A stretch of DNA of 64,000 nucleotides from Scenedesmus sp. PABB004 (lineage: Eukaryota). The translations under genes were made by a program, and so were the position numbers. The DNA lies in assembly GCA_014905635.1 (NCBI GenBank), contig JABVCE010000005.1, forward strand, positions 620,001 to 684,000, read 5' to 3'. Below are positions 1 to 10,906 of this stretch, one piece after another; position 1 is the first letter of the stretch, and every line of letters begins with the position of its first letter. The notes under the pieces are model-generated. The model had not been told where the DNA came from, searched no databases, and saw only the letters and a program-made list of their open reading frames with translations.

Positions 1-715
1 CATCTGCGCCGTGCTCAAGCGCTCGGGCGAGGCGGTGAAAGAGAACGAGGTGATCGCCCAGATAGAGACGGACAAAGTCACCATCGACATCAAGGCCCCC
101 TCCGACGGTGCGGCGGCGCGCCGGGCACGCACGCGGCGGCGGCGCCGGCGACAGCGCCGTGCGCGCGGCACCGGCGAGCGCGCGCCCGCGGCGCCGCCGC
201 CGCCGCGCAGGCGTGCTGGTGGGCGTGGTGTGCCAGGAGCAGGACACGGTCGTGCCGGGGCAGCTCGTCGCGACGCTGGACGACTCGGCGGCGCAGGCGG
301 GGCTCATCGGCGCGGCGCCGCCCGCGACCCCGGGCGCGGCGGCGGCGGCGGCGCAGCCCGCAGCGCCGGCGCCGCAGCAGGTCGCGGCGGCGGCGCCCGC
401 GCAGCAGCACCGCGTGCCGGGCATCCGTTTCCCGCCGCGCGTGACGGCCGACGGCCGGCGCGTGAGCAGCCTGCCGGCGGCCGAGGCGGCCGCGCTCGTG
501 GCGCAGTGGCGCGGCGGCGCGGCCGGCGAGGCAGCGCCCGCCGCCCCGCAGCGGCGGCGCCGGCGGCGCCGCGGCCGCCCGCGCCGGCGGCGGCGGCGCC
601 GGCCGCGCCGAGCAAGTTTGCGAGCAGCATGACGCGGCTGGCGGAGATGCCGGCGCGGCGAGAGCTGAGCGCGCGCGAGATGGAGGCGATTGAGCTGGGC
701 GGCGCGCCGCCGTGA
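1..715 (+). CDS. Lipoyl-domain protein with C-terminal KGD4/MRPS36-like region (5' truncated by window; one intron 108-210; apparent frameshift near 545)
   Basis: Exon 1 encodes VKENEVIAQIETDKVTIDIKAPSDG (lipoyl-lysine motif ETDKV). After GT-AG intron 108-210 it continues GVLVGVVCQEQDTVVPGQLVATL, then a linker and HRVPGIRFPPR. The C-terminus MPARRELSAREMEAIELGGAPP* (stop 715) is in another frame; one extra C in the run at 544-547 would join them. Confidence 0.75.
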   Translation, partial: ICAVLKRSGEAVKENEVIAQIETDKVTIDIKAPSDGAAARRARTRRRRRRQRRARGTGERAPAAPPPPRRRAGGRGVPGAGHGRAGAARRDAGRLGGAGGAHRRGAARDPGRGGGGGAARSAGAAAGRGGGARAAAPRAGHPFPAARDGRRPAREQPAGGRGGRARGAVARRRGRRGSARRPAAAAPAAPRPPAPAAAAPAAPSKFASSMTRLAEMPARRELSAREMEAIELGGAPP

Positions 716-909
716 GCCAGCCTGTGCGGCGGCGGGGACGGGCTCTCTATTTCTCTGATTCTCTTCTCTTTCCAGCCCGGGCAACAGACAGGCGGCCGTG
801 CCTCGGCAATGCGCCGCGCACGCCGCGCTCGCCGCTGCCGCAGCGCGCGCCTCTCCCTCACTCCCTCCTGCTCGCCCCCGCGCCAGCCCGCCGCGCGCGC
901 CGCGCTCAG

Positions 910-1941
910 CTAGCTGGCCGCGCCCGCCGCCCAGGGCTGCTGCTCGGGGTAGAAGCTGCCGCCGTAGACGACGTGCCAGTCGGTGAGACCGACCAGCCAG
1001 TGCTGCCAGCCTGCGGGAACGCGGCCGCGGCGGCGGGCGGCGCGGTCGGACGCCGCGCTCGGCGCGCGGCGCCCGGGCCCCGCGCGGGGCACACGGCGCG
1101 CTAAAAACGCGGCGCGGCGCGCACCCGCGGGCATGTAGAGCGCGGTGCCGCTCCACTCGGCGCCCGGCAGCGGGACGCCGTCGTCCTGCAGGAGGAAGTA
1201 GTAGCCGCCCGCCGCGCGCACGTCGTCGAGCAGCTGCCGCGTCGGGCGCAGCAGCAGCCCGGGGTCGCCGCCCGGCGGCAGCGTCGTGTCGCCCGGCGGC
1301 AGCAGCAGCGTGAGCTTCGCGCCCTCGCAGATGGCGAGGTAGGTGCTGACCGGCGTGCGGGTGCCGCCCGCGCAGGCGTTGTCCTTGTCGAAATGCAGGC
1401 CGATCGAGGCGTTGCCGCGCCCAAAGATGACCTGGTCGTACGTCGGCACGTGCCCGCCCGCCGGCCACCACGCGGGGTGCTGCACCTGCTCGATCAGCGA
1501 GCACCAGTACGGCCGCCGCGCCTCCTCGGCGTCGGCGAGCGCGGCGACCGCCATGTCCCAGCTTGAAAGTTTGACGTGCACGTTCTCCACTCTCACCGAC
1601 ACGTATTTTGATGCGTAGCCGCCGTAGTTGTACAGCGCGTGCCCCAGGTTGCGCGGCTTCAGCGGCAGCACGCCCGCGTCCTTGGTGAGCAGCGGGCCGT
1701 CCAGCAGCGCGCGCGGCCCGGCGGCGGCGATGTCGGCGCCCGACAGCAGCGGCGGCGCCCACATGGCGCACCCCAGCGCCTCCACCGCCGCGGTCACGCC
1801 CTCGACCGTGGGCGCCGGCGCCGGCGCGCCCACGGCCGCGACCGCGCGGGGCACCAGGGCCGCTGCTGCTCGCCGGCGGCTGCTCGCTGCTGGCGCTGCT
1901 CCCCGCATGCGCTGCGCGCCGGCCGCGATCCTGGTCTTCAT
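910..1941 (-). CDS. JmjC/cupin-like 2-oxoglutarate-Fe(II) oxygenase with organelle transit-peptide-like N-terminus (intron 1011-1124)
   Basis: Spliced product has SIGLHFDKD (HxD), TYLAICEGAKLTLLLPP and LYMPAGWQHWLVG (distal His), the JmjC pattern. The N-terminus MKTRIAAGAQRMRG...LVPRAVAA is Ala/Arg-rich and lacks acidic residues. Confidence 0.7.
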   Translation of the reverse strand: MKTRIAAGAQRMRGAAPAASSRRRAAAALVPRAVAAVGAPAPAPTVEGVTAAVEALGCAMWAPPLLSGADIAAAGPRALLDGPLLTKDAGVLPLKPRNLGHALYNYGGYASKYVSVRVENVHVKLSSWDMAVAALADAEEARRPYWCSLIEQVQHPAWWPAGGHVPTYDQVIFGRGNASIGLHFDKDNACAGGTRTPVSTYLAICEGAKLTLLLPPGDTTLPPGGDPGLLLRPTRQLLDDVRAAGGYYFLLQDDGVPLPGAEWSGTALYMPAGARRAAFLARRVPRAGPGRRAPSAASDRAARRRGRVPAGWQHWLVGLTDWHVVYGGSFYPEQQPWAAGAAS

Positions 1942-2483
1942 GATGCGCCTCGCCAATTCCGGCCGCGGGCGAACTGGGGCGCGGCTCGCTCGGAGGCGTG
2001 GGCGGCAGCAGCGGCGGTGGCACCGCCGCCCGCTCGAGCTGCTGCTGCGTGCCACGCGCTGCCCCCTGATCGCGTGTGTGTGTGCGCTGCAGCCCGGAGC
2101 GGTCGAGGCCGCAGCGGCGGCCGCTTCAACGCAGCGGGGCTCAGGCAGGTTGCACCGCCGCGACCGCGGCCCGAGCGCCGTCGCGCGGCCGCCCCCTGAG
2201 CAGCAACGTGCCTCCCTCGAAGCAGGCAGCACCGAGCGCGCTCCCTGCAAACTACCGACTTGCTCGCTTCCACCGCCGGCGGCGCAACCAGCGGCGCGCA
2301 ATCAATCGCAGCCGCGCGGCAGCGCTGTCCCCGCCCCAGCCCCCCACTCCCCGCCCGCCGCTCGCACCGACCCGCCGCCCGTCCGCGCCGCCCCAGCCGC
2401 CGGCCGCCGGGCGCCCGCTCCGCCGCCCCCCCGCCCGCCCGCCTCGCAGCCGCGGCGCCGCGCCGCGTCGCGCTCGGCGGCGC

Positions 2484-5400
2484 TCAGCGCTTCTCCTTCT
2501 TGGTGAGCCAGAGGAAGCCGGCGTACGTGAGGAGGTGGAGGAAGGCGAGGTATCCGACAAGGATGACCACGGTCTGCCAGAAGGGCCGGAAGAGGTCGAA
2601 GTAAGAGAGGATGCTCCCCAGCTCCACGCGGCACGTCGGGCCGGGGTTGTTGACCTGCACGGGCGGGGCGGCGGCAGCGTGGCGGGAGGGCCGGGTGGGG
2701 AGGGAGGGCGCGGGCGGCGGGCGCGGCGCAGGCGCAGGCGCGGCGCGGCGGTGCAGGTGGCGCGCGGCGGGGGCGCGCCTGGTTGAGCACGAGCGGGCTG
2801 GTGATGGCGGGCGTGTTGGGCAGGAACTCTGGGAGGAACGCGACGATCGACGGCGCGAGCCCGCCCGCGCACGAGTAGGACACGCCCCCAAACTCGGCCT
2901 GCGCGTAGCCGTCAAAGGCGAAGCCCATGGCCGAGATGTACCTGCGCGCGTGCGCAGGTGGCGGGCAGGGCGCGCGCGCGCGCGGCGCAGTGAGAGGGGC
3001 AGGATGGGGGAGGGAGAGGGCGGGAGAGGGCAGCGGGGCGCGTGCCGGCTGCGTGTGCGGCGGCGCCGCCCGCGCCGCCGCACCGCAGCTGGCTGAACCA
3101 GGCCTGGCTCATGTCCTGGTAGCGGACCATGAAGTTGGACATTAGCAGGTTGACCGCGGTCCAGCCGATGGCCAGCATGAACGCGACGTCCTGGTTGGGC
3201 GTCACGACCGCCGCAAACGCGAGCACCTGGCGGCAGACACGACGCGGCGCGAGGGTTGGCGGGCGTGGTGTGAGCGTTGGCGGGGCGCGGGGCGAGGGCG
3301 TGACGCGCGGTCGCATGGTCGCACCCACGCACACCAACAACACACGCCTCGCACACCCCGCGCCGCCCAGCGCGCGCAGCCCACAGCGCGCGCAGCCCAC
3401 AGCGCGCGCAGCCCACAGCGCGCGCAGCCCACAGCGCGCGCAGCCCACAGCGCGCGCAGCACAGCTCGCGCAGCCTACAGCACGCGCAGCACGGCCCGGC
3501 GCCGGCGTGGCACACGCACCTGCGCGGCGATGAGGTAGATCAGCACGCTCATGAGGCCGTTCATGCCGACCGCGGCGCCGCTGTGGCGCAGGCCGGCGAG
3601 GCCGTAGAGGGTGTAGCTGAAGAGAAGGACGTTGAGCACCGCAAACGGCGCGACCGCGAGCTGCTTGGCGACGTAGTACGCCGACGGGTGGTAGAGCTTG
3701 GCGCTGCTGTCGGCGATGTAGTACTGCTTGTCCGAGGTAAAGAGGGACATGTAAACATAAGGCAGCAGCAGCAGGATGACCGGCTCGACGAACAGCACGT
3801 TGAGGCGCGCGCGCAGCGCGTCGACGGCGCTCGGGAGGTTGTAGTATATGAGGCCGACAAAGACGGCGAGCCAGCAGAAGATGAGGCAGCGCCCCGCGAC
3901 GTCGGCGGGGTTGCGCGTCACCGCGAGCAGCTCGCGCCAGAGCAGGATCCTGCGGGCGGCGGGCGCGGCGCGCGGCGCGGGGCGCGCGGGGGGGGGGGGG
4001 GGGGGAGGGGCGCGGCGCGCGTGAGGCGCGTGAGGCAGGCAGGGGGAGAGGAGGGCGGGGGAGGGGCGGGCGGGGCGGGCGGAGGGGCGCGCGCGCGGCG
4101 GCGGGGGCGGGGCCACGCGCGGCGCGGGGCGCACGCGGGTGCAGGCGCGGGCGCGCACCTGAACTGCGAGAACCAGGTCGCCGACGTCGGCGGCGGGCGC
4201 GGCGCGCCGCCGAGGCCGCACAGCCCGCCGCGCACGGCGCCGCCGCCCTCGCCGCGCTCCTCCACCGCGTCCAGCACCTTGTGCATCGCCGCGGCCTGCC
4301 CGCCTGCTCGCGGGGTCGCGGCGCGCGCGCGCGCGGGCGCGGGCGTGCCGCAGGGTCAGCCAGCGCGGGGCAGGGCCGGGCGAGGCGCCGGCGCGGGGCG
4401 CGCGCGTGCGCGCGCTTGCGCGGCCGCACCGTTGCCGGCGTCGCCGGCGCGCTGCGCGTCGTCGCTGCGCGCGGCGGCCGCGGCGGCGGCCGCCCCGGGG
4501 CCGCTGGGCGGCAGCGCGGCGAGGTAGCGCTTGCGGAAGGCGTCTGCGTGTGTGGTGAGCTCGTCCAGGGAGTTCATCATGCGCCCAAACAGCGACTGGG
4601 GGCGGGGAGAGGGGGAGGGATGGAGGCAGGGCGGGAGGGAGGGAGGGACGGGTTGAGTCAGTCACGCACGTGCGCGCGCGCACACCCACACGCACGCGCG
4701 CACACACGACACACACAACGCACACACGCGCGCGCGCACCTCTGGCTTCTTGAACCCGATGTTCACCAGGTCCATGACCCAGTCGCTGGCGAGGCCGTGC
4801 AGGGCGGGGTCGTAGGGGTAGCCGCGCCCCACAAACCAGGGGACCATGGCCTCGCGCGGCCCAAAGTACATGAGGTGGCCCATGCTCAGCAGCACCGCCT
4901 GAGCGCGCGCGGGGCGCGGGGCGAGTGAACGAGCGCGGGCGAGTGAGCGAGCGCGGGGCGAGTGAGTGAGCGAGCGCGGGGCGGGTGGGCGTGCGCGCGC
5001 GCGCGGGCGTGCCGGCGGCGCGACGGCGCGGCAGGGCCGAGCGAGCGCGGCAGGGCGGCGGCGCGCGGGCGAGGGCCGGGCGGGCGCGGCGCAGTTGTGC
5101 CGGCGGCGCTGTGTGGGCGCGGCGCGGGCGCACCGTGTCAAAGAGCGCCCAGATCGCGGCGCGGGGCTGGTGGATGCTCGACACGACCGTCTGCCCGCCC
5201 GCGGCCATGGAGCGCATGTAGCTCATCACGCTCAGCGCGGCAAAGGAGTCGAGCCCGCTCGTCGGCTCGTCCAGGAAGACCACGCACGGCGTGGACATGA
5301 TGCCTGCGCGGCGGCGGGGTGCGGCGCGGCGGCGCGGAGTGGGGCGGCGGCGCGACGCGACGTGGGGCGTGGGCGGCGGCGGGGCGGCGCGGAGGGGAGG

Positions 5401-7057
5401 GCGCGGGCGGCCGCCGGCGGCGCGGAGGGGGAGGGCCGCGGCGCGGCGCGGGAGCGCGGCGGGCGGTGGCGGGCGCGGCGCGCCGCGCACCCGTCGCGAT
5501 GGAGAGGCGCTTGCGCTCGCCGCCGCTGAGGCCGCGCAGCACGATGCCGCCAGGCAGCGTGCCGCCGACGAGCGTGTCGGTCGTGTGGGAGAGGCCCATC
5601 GCGGCGAGCACCTCGCCGATGCGCGCGCGCCGCGCGGCCTTGGCCATGCCGCGCGGCAGCGTGAGCGTGGCGTAGTAGCCGCACGTCTCCGACACCGTCA
5701 TCGTCGGCATAAAGTTGTCATCCTGTCATGTTGTCATTTGTTAGAATCACGAGGACGACGCACGCGCACGGGGCAGCGGCGGCGGCGGCAGCGGCGGCGG
5801 CGGGGGTCGGCGGCAGAGGGGTGGCGGCGGGCTGGCGCGCGCGCGCGCGGTGGAGCGGCGCGCGGGTCCAGCGGTGCGCCGGCGCACCTGCGGGACGTAC
5901 GCCGTCTTGCGCGCAAAGTCCTGCTGCCGGCGCGGCGCGCCGTTGACGAGCACCGCGCCGGTGAGCGTGCCGACGCTCTTGCGCCCCGCGAGGATATCCA
6001 TGAGCGTGCTCTTGCCCGCGCCGCTGGGGCCCATGAGCGCAAGCATGTCCCCCGGCGACGCCTTGCCCCACACCTCCTGCGGCGGCGGCGGCACCGCGTG
6101 CGCCGCGTCGGCGCGCGGCGGGCGCGCGGGCGGGCGCGGCGGGCGCGGCGGGCGCAGGCGCGCGGGCGCGCCTTGAGCACGGTCTTGGTGCCCGTGGGCG
6201 TGCTGTAGCTGCAGCCGACGTCCTGCCACTCCAGCAGCATCGGCCTCATCTGCGTGGTCAGCCGCCGCATCAGCAGCTCGCTGGTGTGGCTCGGCACGGT
6301 GCCGTTGGCGCCGTCGCCCGACTCTGCGCGGACGCGGCGCGGCGGCGGCGGCGGCGGCGTCGGCGCGCCGCCGGGGCTGGCGGGCCCCGCGCGACGCGGG
6401 CGCGCCGCCGCCGCGGGCAGACCGCACGGCGCCCGCACCCGAGCCGTCCTCCGCGGGCAGGCCCAGCTCCTCGTCCTCGCCGGCGTCGCAAAAGGCGTTG
6501 CTGGCGCGGAAGGGCGTGTCATCGGGGCCCGGCGCGCCCGAGGCGACGCGCGGCGCGGGCGCGACGCGGGCCTGGTCCTTGCCGGCGGCGCCGGCGTCGC
6601 TCGAGGCGCGCGCGCCCGCGCGCGGGCTGGCCACTGCGGGGCGCGGGGTGAAGGGCGCGGCGTGAGCGGCGCCCGCGGCGCTGCTGCGGCCGGCCCAACC
6701 GAATCAACCGCCGCGCGCCGCGCCCGCGCCCGCGCCCGCGCCCCACCCGCGCCCCCGCCGCGCCCCGCCGCGCCCCCGCGTGAGCGAGAGCGCGCCTGCG
6801 CGCGCGCGCGCCGCACCCTTGCCCGCCGGCAGGCCGTGCCCCGTGCTCGAGCGGCGCCCGCGGCCGGTGAGCGCGCGCGTCGCGCTCGCCCACGCGCGCG
6901 GGTACATCACCGCAAACATGCGCGCGAGGAAGAAGGCGGCAAAGACGTGCGCAAAGACGACGCAGGGGATCCACATCGCGTGGATCACGCCGCCCGGCTC
7001 GCTGCTCAGCGGCGGCAGCGCGGCGCCGCCGCCGGCGGTTGTCGCGTTTGCCGCCAT
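2484..7057 (-). CDS. ABC transporter G family (White-like half transporter), 13 exons
   Basis: Walker A LMGPSGAGKSTL, Q-loop YVPQDDNF, signature GLSGGERKRLSIA, Walker B VFLDEPTSGLDS, H-loop SSIHQPR, then an ABC2 membrane domain ending FLHLLTYAGFLWLTKKEKR*. The start at 7057 (extra N-terminal hydrophobic segment) is inferred by splicing. Confidence 0.9.
3368..3490. repeat. 16-bp tandem repeat (CAGCGCGCGCAGCCCA), 5 perfect copies plus degenerate copies, inside an ABCG intron
   Basis: Directly visible; adjacent units with no spacers. Confidence 0.9.
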
Positions 7058-7802
7058 CGCGCCGCGTGCCGCTCCGCCGCGGCGGCCGGCCGGGGAGGGA
7101 GAGGGACGGCCGCGCCGGTGGGGGCGGCCGGGCGCTCGCCGCGCGCCGGGCGCCGCGCCGCGCGGGGCGCTGCTGCCGCCGGCTGCCGCGCCGCCGCTGG
7201 CGCGGGGCTGCGCGGCCGGGGCGTGGCCGGGGAGGCGCTTGGGCGCCTCAGACGATCAGGGGCGAGCCCGGCAGGTGCGATGCGGCCGCGCCGCGGGCAT
7301 GCGGCCCAAGGCGGGCAGCGCCGCGCTGCCCGCGCGTCGCCCGCTGCGACGGGGGGCTGCTCGGGGAGCGCTGGCGGACGGCGCTGAGTGTGCCGCCGGC
7401 GCGCGATGCGTCTTCGCGCTGCTCGCGACGCTGCTGCTGGGCGCGGCTGGCGCTGGCGCGGCGGGAGCGCGGTCCTGTGGCTTGGGGCGAGTGTGAACCA
7501 ACGTTTTGGTGGCGCGTGTGCCGAGCGGGCGGCCCACGGGGCTGCGCTCGGGCGGCCCGGTCGCCTTGGACCGCCGGTGCCCGAGCCGGTGTGGCCTTCG
7601 ATCACACCAGCGCCTCCCGCGAGCGCTCCCCCGGTCGTGATGAGCTTGATCGCCACGATGGGGTTGGTGCGCGGGCTGTTGGGGTGCCGCGCGCGACGCG
7701 GGGTGCTCCAGTGCGCTCGCGCTCGCGCCCGCCGGCCGCGCCCGCGCCTGCGACCGCCCCAGCGATGACGGGAGCTCCAGCAACTCGTGCAGCGATCACA
7801 GA

Positions 7803-8677
7803 GGCGGGCCTGGCCTTTGCTCGGCGCCAGCAGCGCGCGCGCCGCGCCGGCAGCAGCGCGCCGCGCAGCGGCGGCGGGCGCGGCGCGGCGGCGTGCGCCT
7901 GGGCGGGCACGAAGCGCCACCATCATCGCCGCTCCTGCGGGCCCTAGGCGTGGCGACCTGCTGGGGCGGCGGGGCTGCTCATGTCTCGCGCGAACCGCCG
8001 CCAGCAGGGTGTCGCGCCGGGCCGCCCGCGGCGCGCCCTGGCCCGCAGGCGTTATGGCGTGCGCGGGTTCTCGCGCCTGCCACTCACGCCGCCCGCGACC
8101 GGCGCCGCGGGCCCTGATGATCCACGCGCAGACCGCGGCGAGCGACCGCGGCACGGCGCCAGGGGCGGCGCGGGCGCGGCGCCACGCGCGCTGCCGCGGC
8201 CCGCGCCGCTGCCCGCCCGCGCGCGCGCCGCCTCCGCCTCGCGCCAGCCCGCGCGCGCGGCGCCAGGCGACCGGGAGGGCCCGTTACAGGTGCGCCACGC
8301 CGGCCTCACGCCTCGACGAGGCCTCGCCTCGACCTTCTCCCGACGAGGCCTCACGCCTCGACGAGGCCGCGCTTGGTCATTTTGCTCGCGACGACGCGCC
8401 CCGGCTCCCAGCCGTCCGTGACGCCCTGCAGGAACAGCTCCAGCGTCTCCTGCAGCGCCTCCGGGTAATCCTCCTGCGGGACGTGACCCAGCTGCAGGCG
8501 GGCAGGCGGGCGGCGTGCACGCCCACGTGGGCGGCAGGGCGCGGCGACCGCTGACTCGCAGGTCGGGTGCGAGCACGCGCCGCACGCGCACCTTGGCCGA
8601 CGCCGTGACGAGCCGCATGTTGGGGCGCTTGCTGTCCAGGAACTCGAAAGCGCTGTGAAGAGCGCTTCACATTGACA
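7803..8677 (-). repeat. Left arm of an inverted segmental duplication (reverse-complement copy of ~12474-13283)
   Basis: The reverse complement aligns by eye with 12474-13283: hydrolase last exons, 3' UTR with TGTAA, intergenic DNA and the first ~40 codons of the lipase gene, with scattered substitutions and indels. Confidence 0.93.
8351..8677 (-). pseudogene. Pseudogenic fragment: last two exons of the alpha/beta hydrolase gene
   Basis: Encodes MRLVTASAK and LGHVPQEDYPEALQETLELFLQGVTDGWEPGRVVASKMTKRGLVEA*. It starts mid-exon, lacks all upstream exons and has a 10-nt frameshifting insertion near 8655-8664. Confidence 0.85.
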
Positions 8678-9100
8678 CACAAGTGCAGCGCTTCAGGGTT
8701 CGCGGCTGCATGTGCGCGCGCACACACGTCGGTGCCGCTGCGCTGCTCTCACACGGTGGCAACCCCCGAGTGTGCCGCGCCGCGTGCAGCGCCGCCCAGC
8801 GTCGCCAGCGCCACTTTATTTCGCTGCAGCAGCGCGGCGCCGGTCGAGCTGCGAGCGCTGCTGCGCGCCGGGCGCCGCGCCGGCGGGCCGCGGCGCGTGG
8901 GCGGGCGCCGTGAGCTCCCGCCGCGCCACCGCTTGTCCGAAGCAGGCCACGCGAACGGGCGTCGAGCAGCGGCGCCGGCAGCGGCGGCGGCGCGAGCTGC
9001 TGCCAGCGGCGACCGGTCGCTGCCGCGCGTCTGGGCGAGCCGTGCTGCCCAGGTGCCAGCAGTGGGCTCTCTCAGTGCTGCTGGGAGCTCAGGAGCCGTG

Positions 9101-10906
9101 ATGTTGCGACCGCGGCTGCGAGCTCTGGTGCTGCCGTTCGCGCGCTCAGCCTGGCCAGGGCCTGGCGCGCTGCAGGCCGCGCAGCAGCGCGGCCTGGCCG
9201 GCGTGCCTGCCGGCCTGGATCCCTGGGACGGCGCGGACGTGCGCATGGAGCAGGCGAGCACGCTGCCGGCGTCGTGGTACACGTCACCCGCCGCGGTGGC
9301 GCTCGATCAGCGGCGCGTGTTTCACAACAGCTGGCAGCTCGCGTGCGCGGTCGACGAGGTTTTTCGCCCCGGCGACTTCGTGTGCGGCGCCATCGCGGGC
9401 GCGCCGTTCCTGGTGGTCCGCGGCCAGGACGGCGTGCTGCGGGCCTTCCACAACGTGCGTGAGCAGGCGCGCCCGCTCGCGCGCGGTCCAGCCCTGTGCC
9501 GCGCCGTGCGCACCAGCTCGCCGCCTCGCCTGACGGCGCGCCACGCGCGCGCGGGCAGGTGTGCCGCCACCACGCGGCCGCGGTGGCCGAGGGCAGCGGC
9601 AACGCGGCGACCTTCACCTGCCCGTACCACGCGTGGACCTACGGTCGGTCTGAAGCGCGCCCCTCCGCGCCCCCGCCCCCCTCCGCGCCCCGCTCTCGCG
9701 CGCGGCTGCGCGCCCGCGCGCCCGCGCGCCGCCGCTGCACGCCCACGCGCCCGCGCGCGGCCACGCCGCCCCGCAGACGACCGCGGCCGGCTGGTCAAGG
9801 CCACGCGGCTCAAGGGCATCCAAGGGTTCAAGGCGTCCGCCAACGGGCTTCACCCCATCGCGCTCGACACGTGGGGCCCCCTCGTGCTCCTGCACCTGCA
9901 GGGCGGCGGCGGCGGCGGCGCCAGCGAGCGGCCGCCGCCGCCGGGCGTGGTGGAGTCGCTGGGTGAGCACTCTGCCGCGCGGCGCGCTCGGGCGCGCCGG
10001 GCGGCGGGCGGCGGCGGCGGCGCCGAGCGCGCGGCGCGGCGCGCGCGCCCGCAGGCGCCGGCGGCGACGCGCGGCTGCGCGAGCTGGGCTTTGCCGACCC
10101 GTCCCTCGTCCACGTCGCGCGGCGGACGTACGAGCTGTCCTGCAACTGGAAGGTCTTCGCTGACAACTACCTGGTGACGACCTGGCCGCAGCAGCAGCAG
10201 CGCCGCCGGCCCCGGGCGCGCCGCGCAGCGCGCCGCTGCACGTCCCGCCCCGCCGCCGCGCGTGCTGCCACCGCCGAGCGCGCCGCCGCCGCCGCGCCCG
10301 CAGGACGGGGGTTACCACGTGCCGGTCGCGCACGCGGACCTGGCCGCCGGGCTGGACCTCGCGACCTACGCGAGCGAGCTGCACGGCCCGCGGCTGTCGA
10401 TACAGACCTGCGCGCCGCGCGGCGGCGGCGACGGCGGCGGCGACGCGCGCCTGGTCGGCGCGCCGGCGGCCTACGCGTACGTGTGGCCCAACCTGATGAT
10501 GAACCGCTACGGACCTTGGCTGGACAGCAACCTCGTGCTCCCCGACCCGGGCGGCGCGCCCGGCCGCTGCCGCGTCGTGTTCGACTACTGGTGCCAGGCG
10601 CACGCGCTGCTGGCCGCCGCCGGCGCCGCCGAGCCGGCGGGCGGCGGCGGGGCTGCGGCCGCCGCGGCCGCGGCCGCCGCGCCGGGCGTGCTCGAGGCCG
10701 CGCGGCGCTCGGCGTTTGTCGCGGACAGCCTCGCCGCCAGCCACGCGGTGCAGCTGGAGGACGTCGGGCTGTGCGAGGCGGTGCAGCGCGGGCTGGAGTC
10801 GCCCGCGTACGACACGGGGCGGTACGCCGCGCCCGAGGCGCCGATGCACCACTTCCACCGCCTCTACTACGCCGCCGTGACCGCGCCGCCGCGCGCCGGC
10901 CGGTGA
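9101..10906 (+). CDS. CMO: Choline monooxygenase-like Rieske non-heme iron oxygenase, 5 exons
   Basis: ASTLPASWYT, AFHNVCRHHAA...FTCPYHAWTY (Rieske CxH...CxxH), CNWKVFADNYLDGGYHVPVAH (mononuclear Fe motif) and EDVGLCEAVQRGLESPAYDTGRY match plant CMO. Confidence 0.85.

Noticed and set aside
1..715. Dihydrolipoamide succinyltransferase (E2o) gene
   Set aside because: Only the lipoyl domain is present; the gene ends at 715 with no acyltransferase domain and the next gene is convergent.
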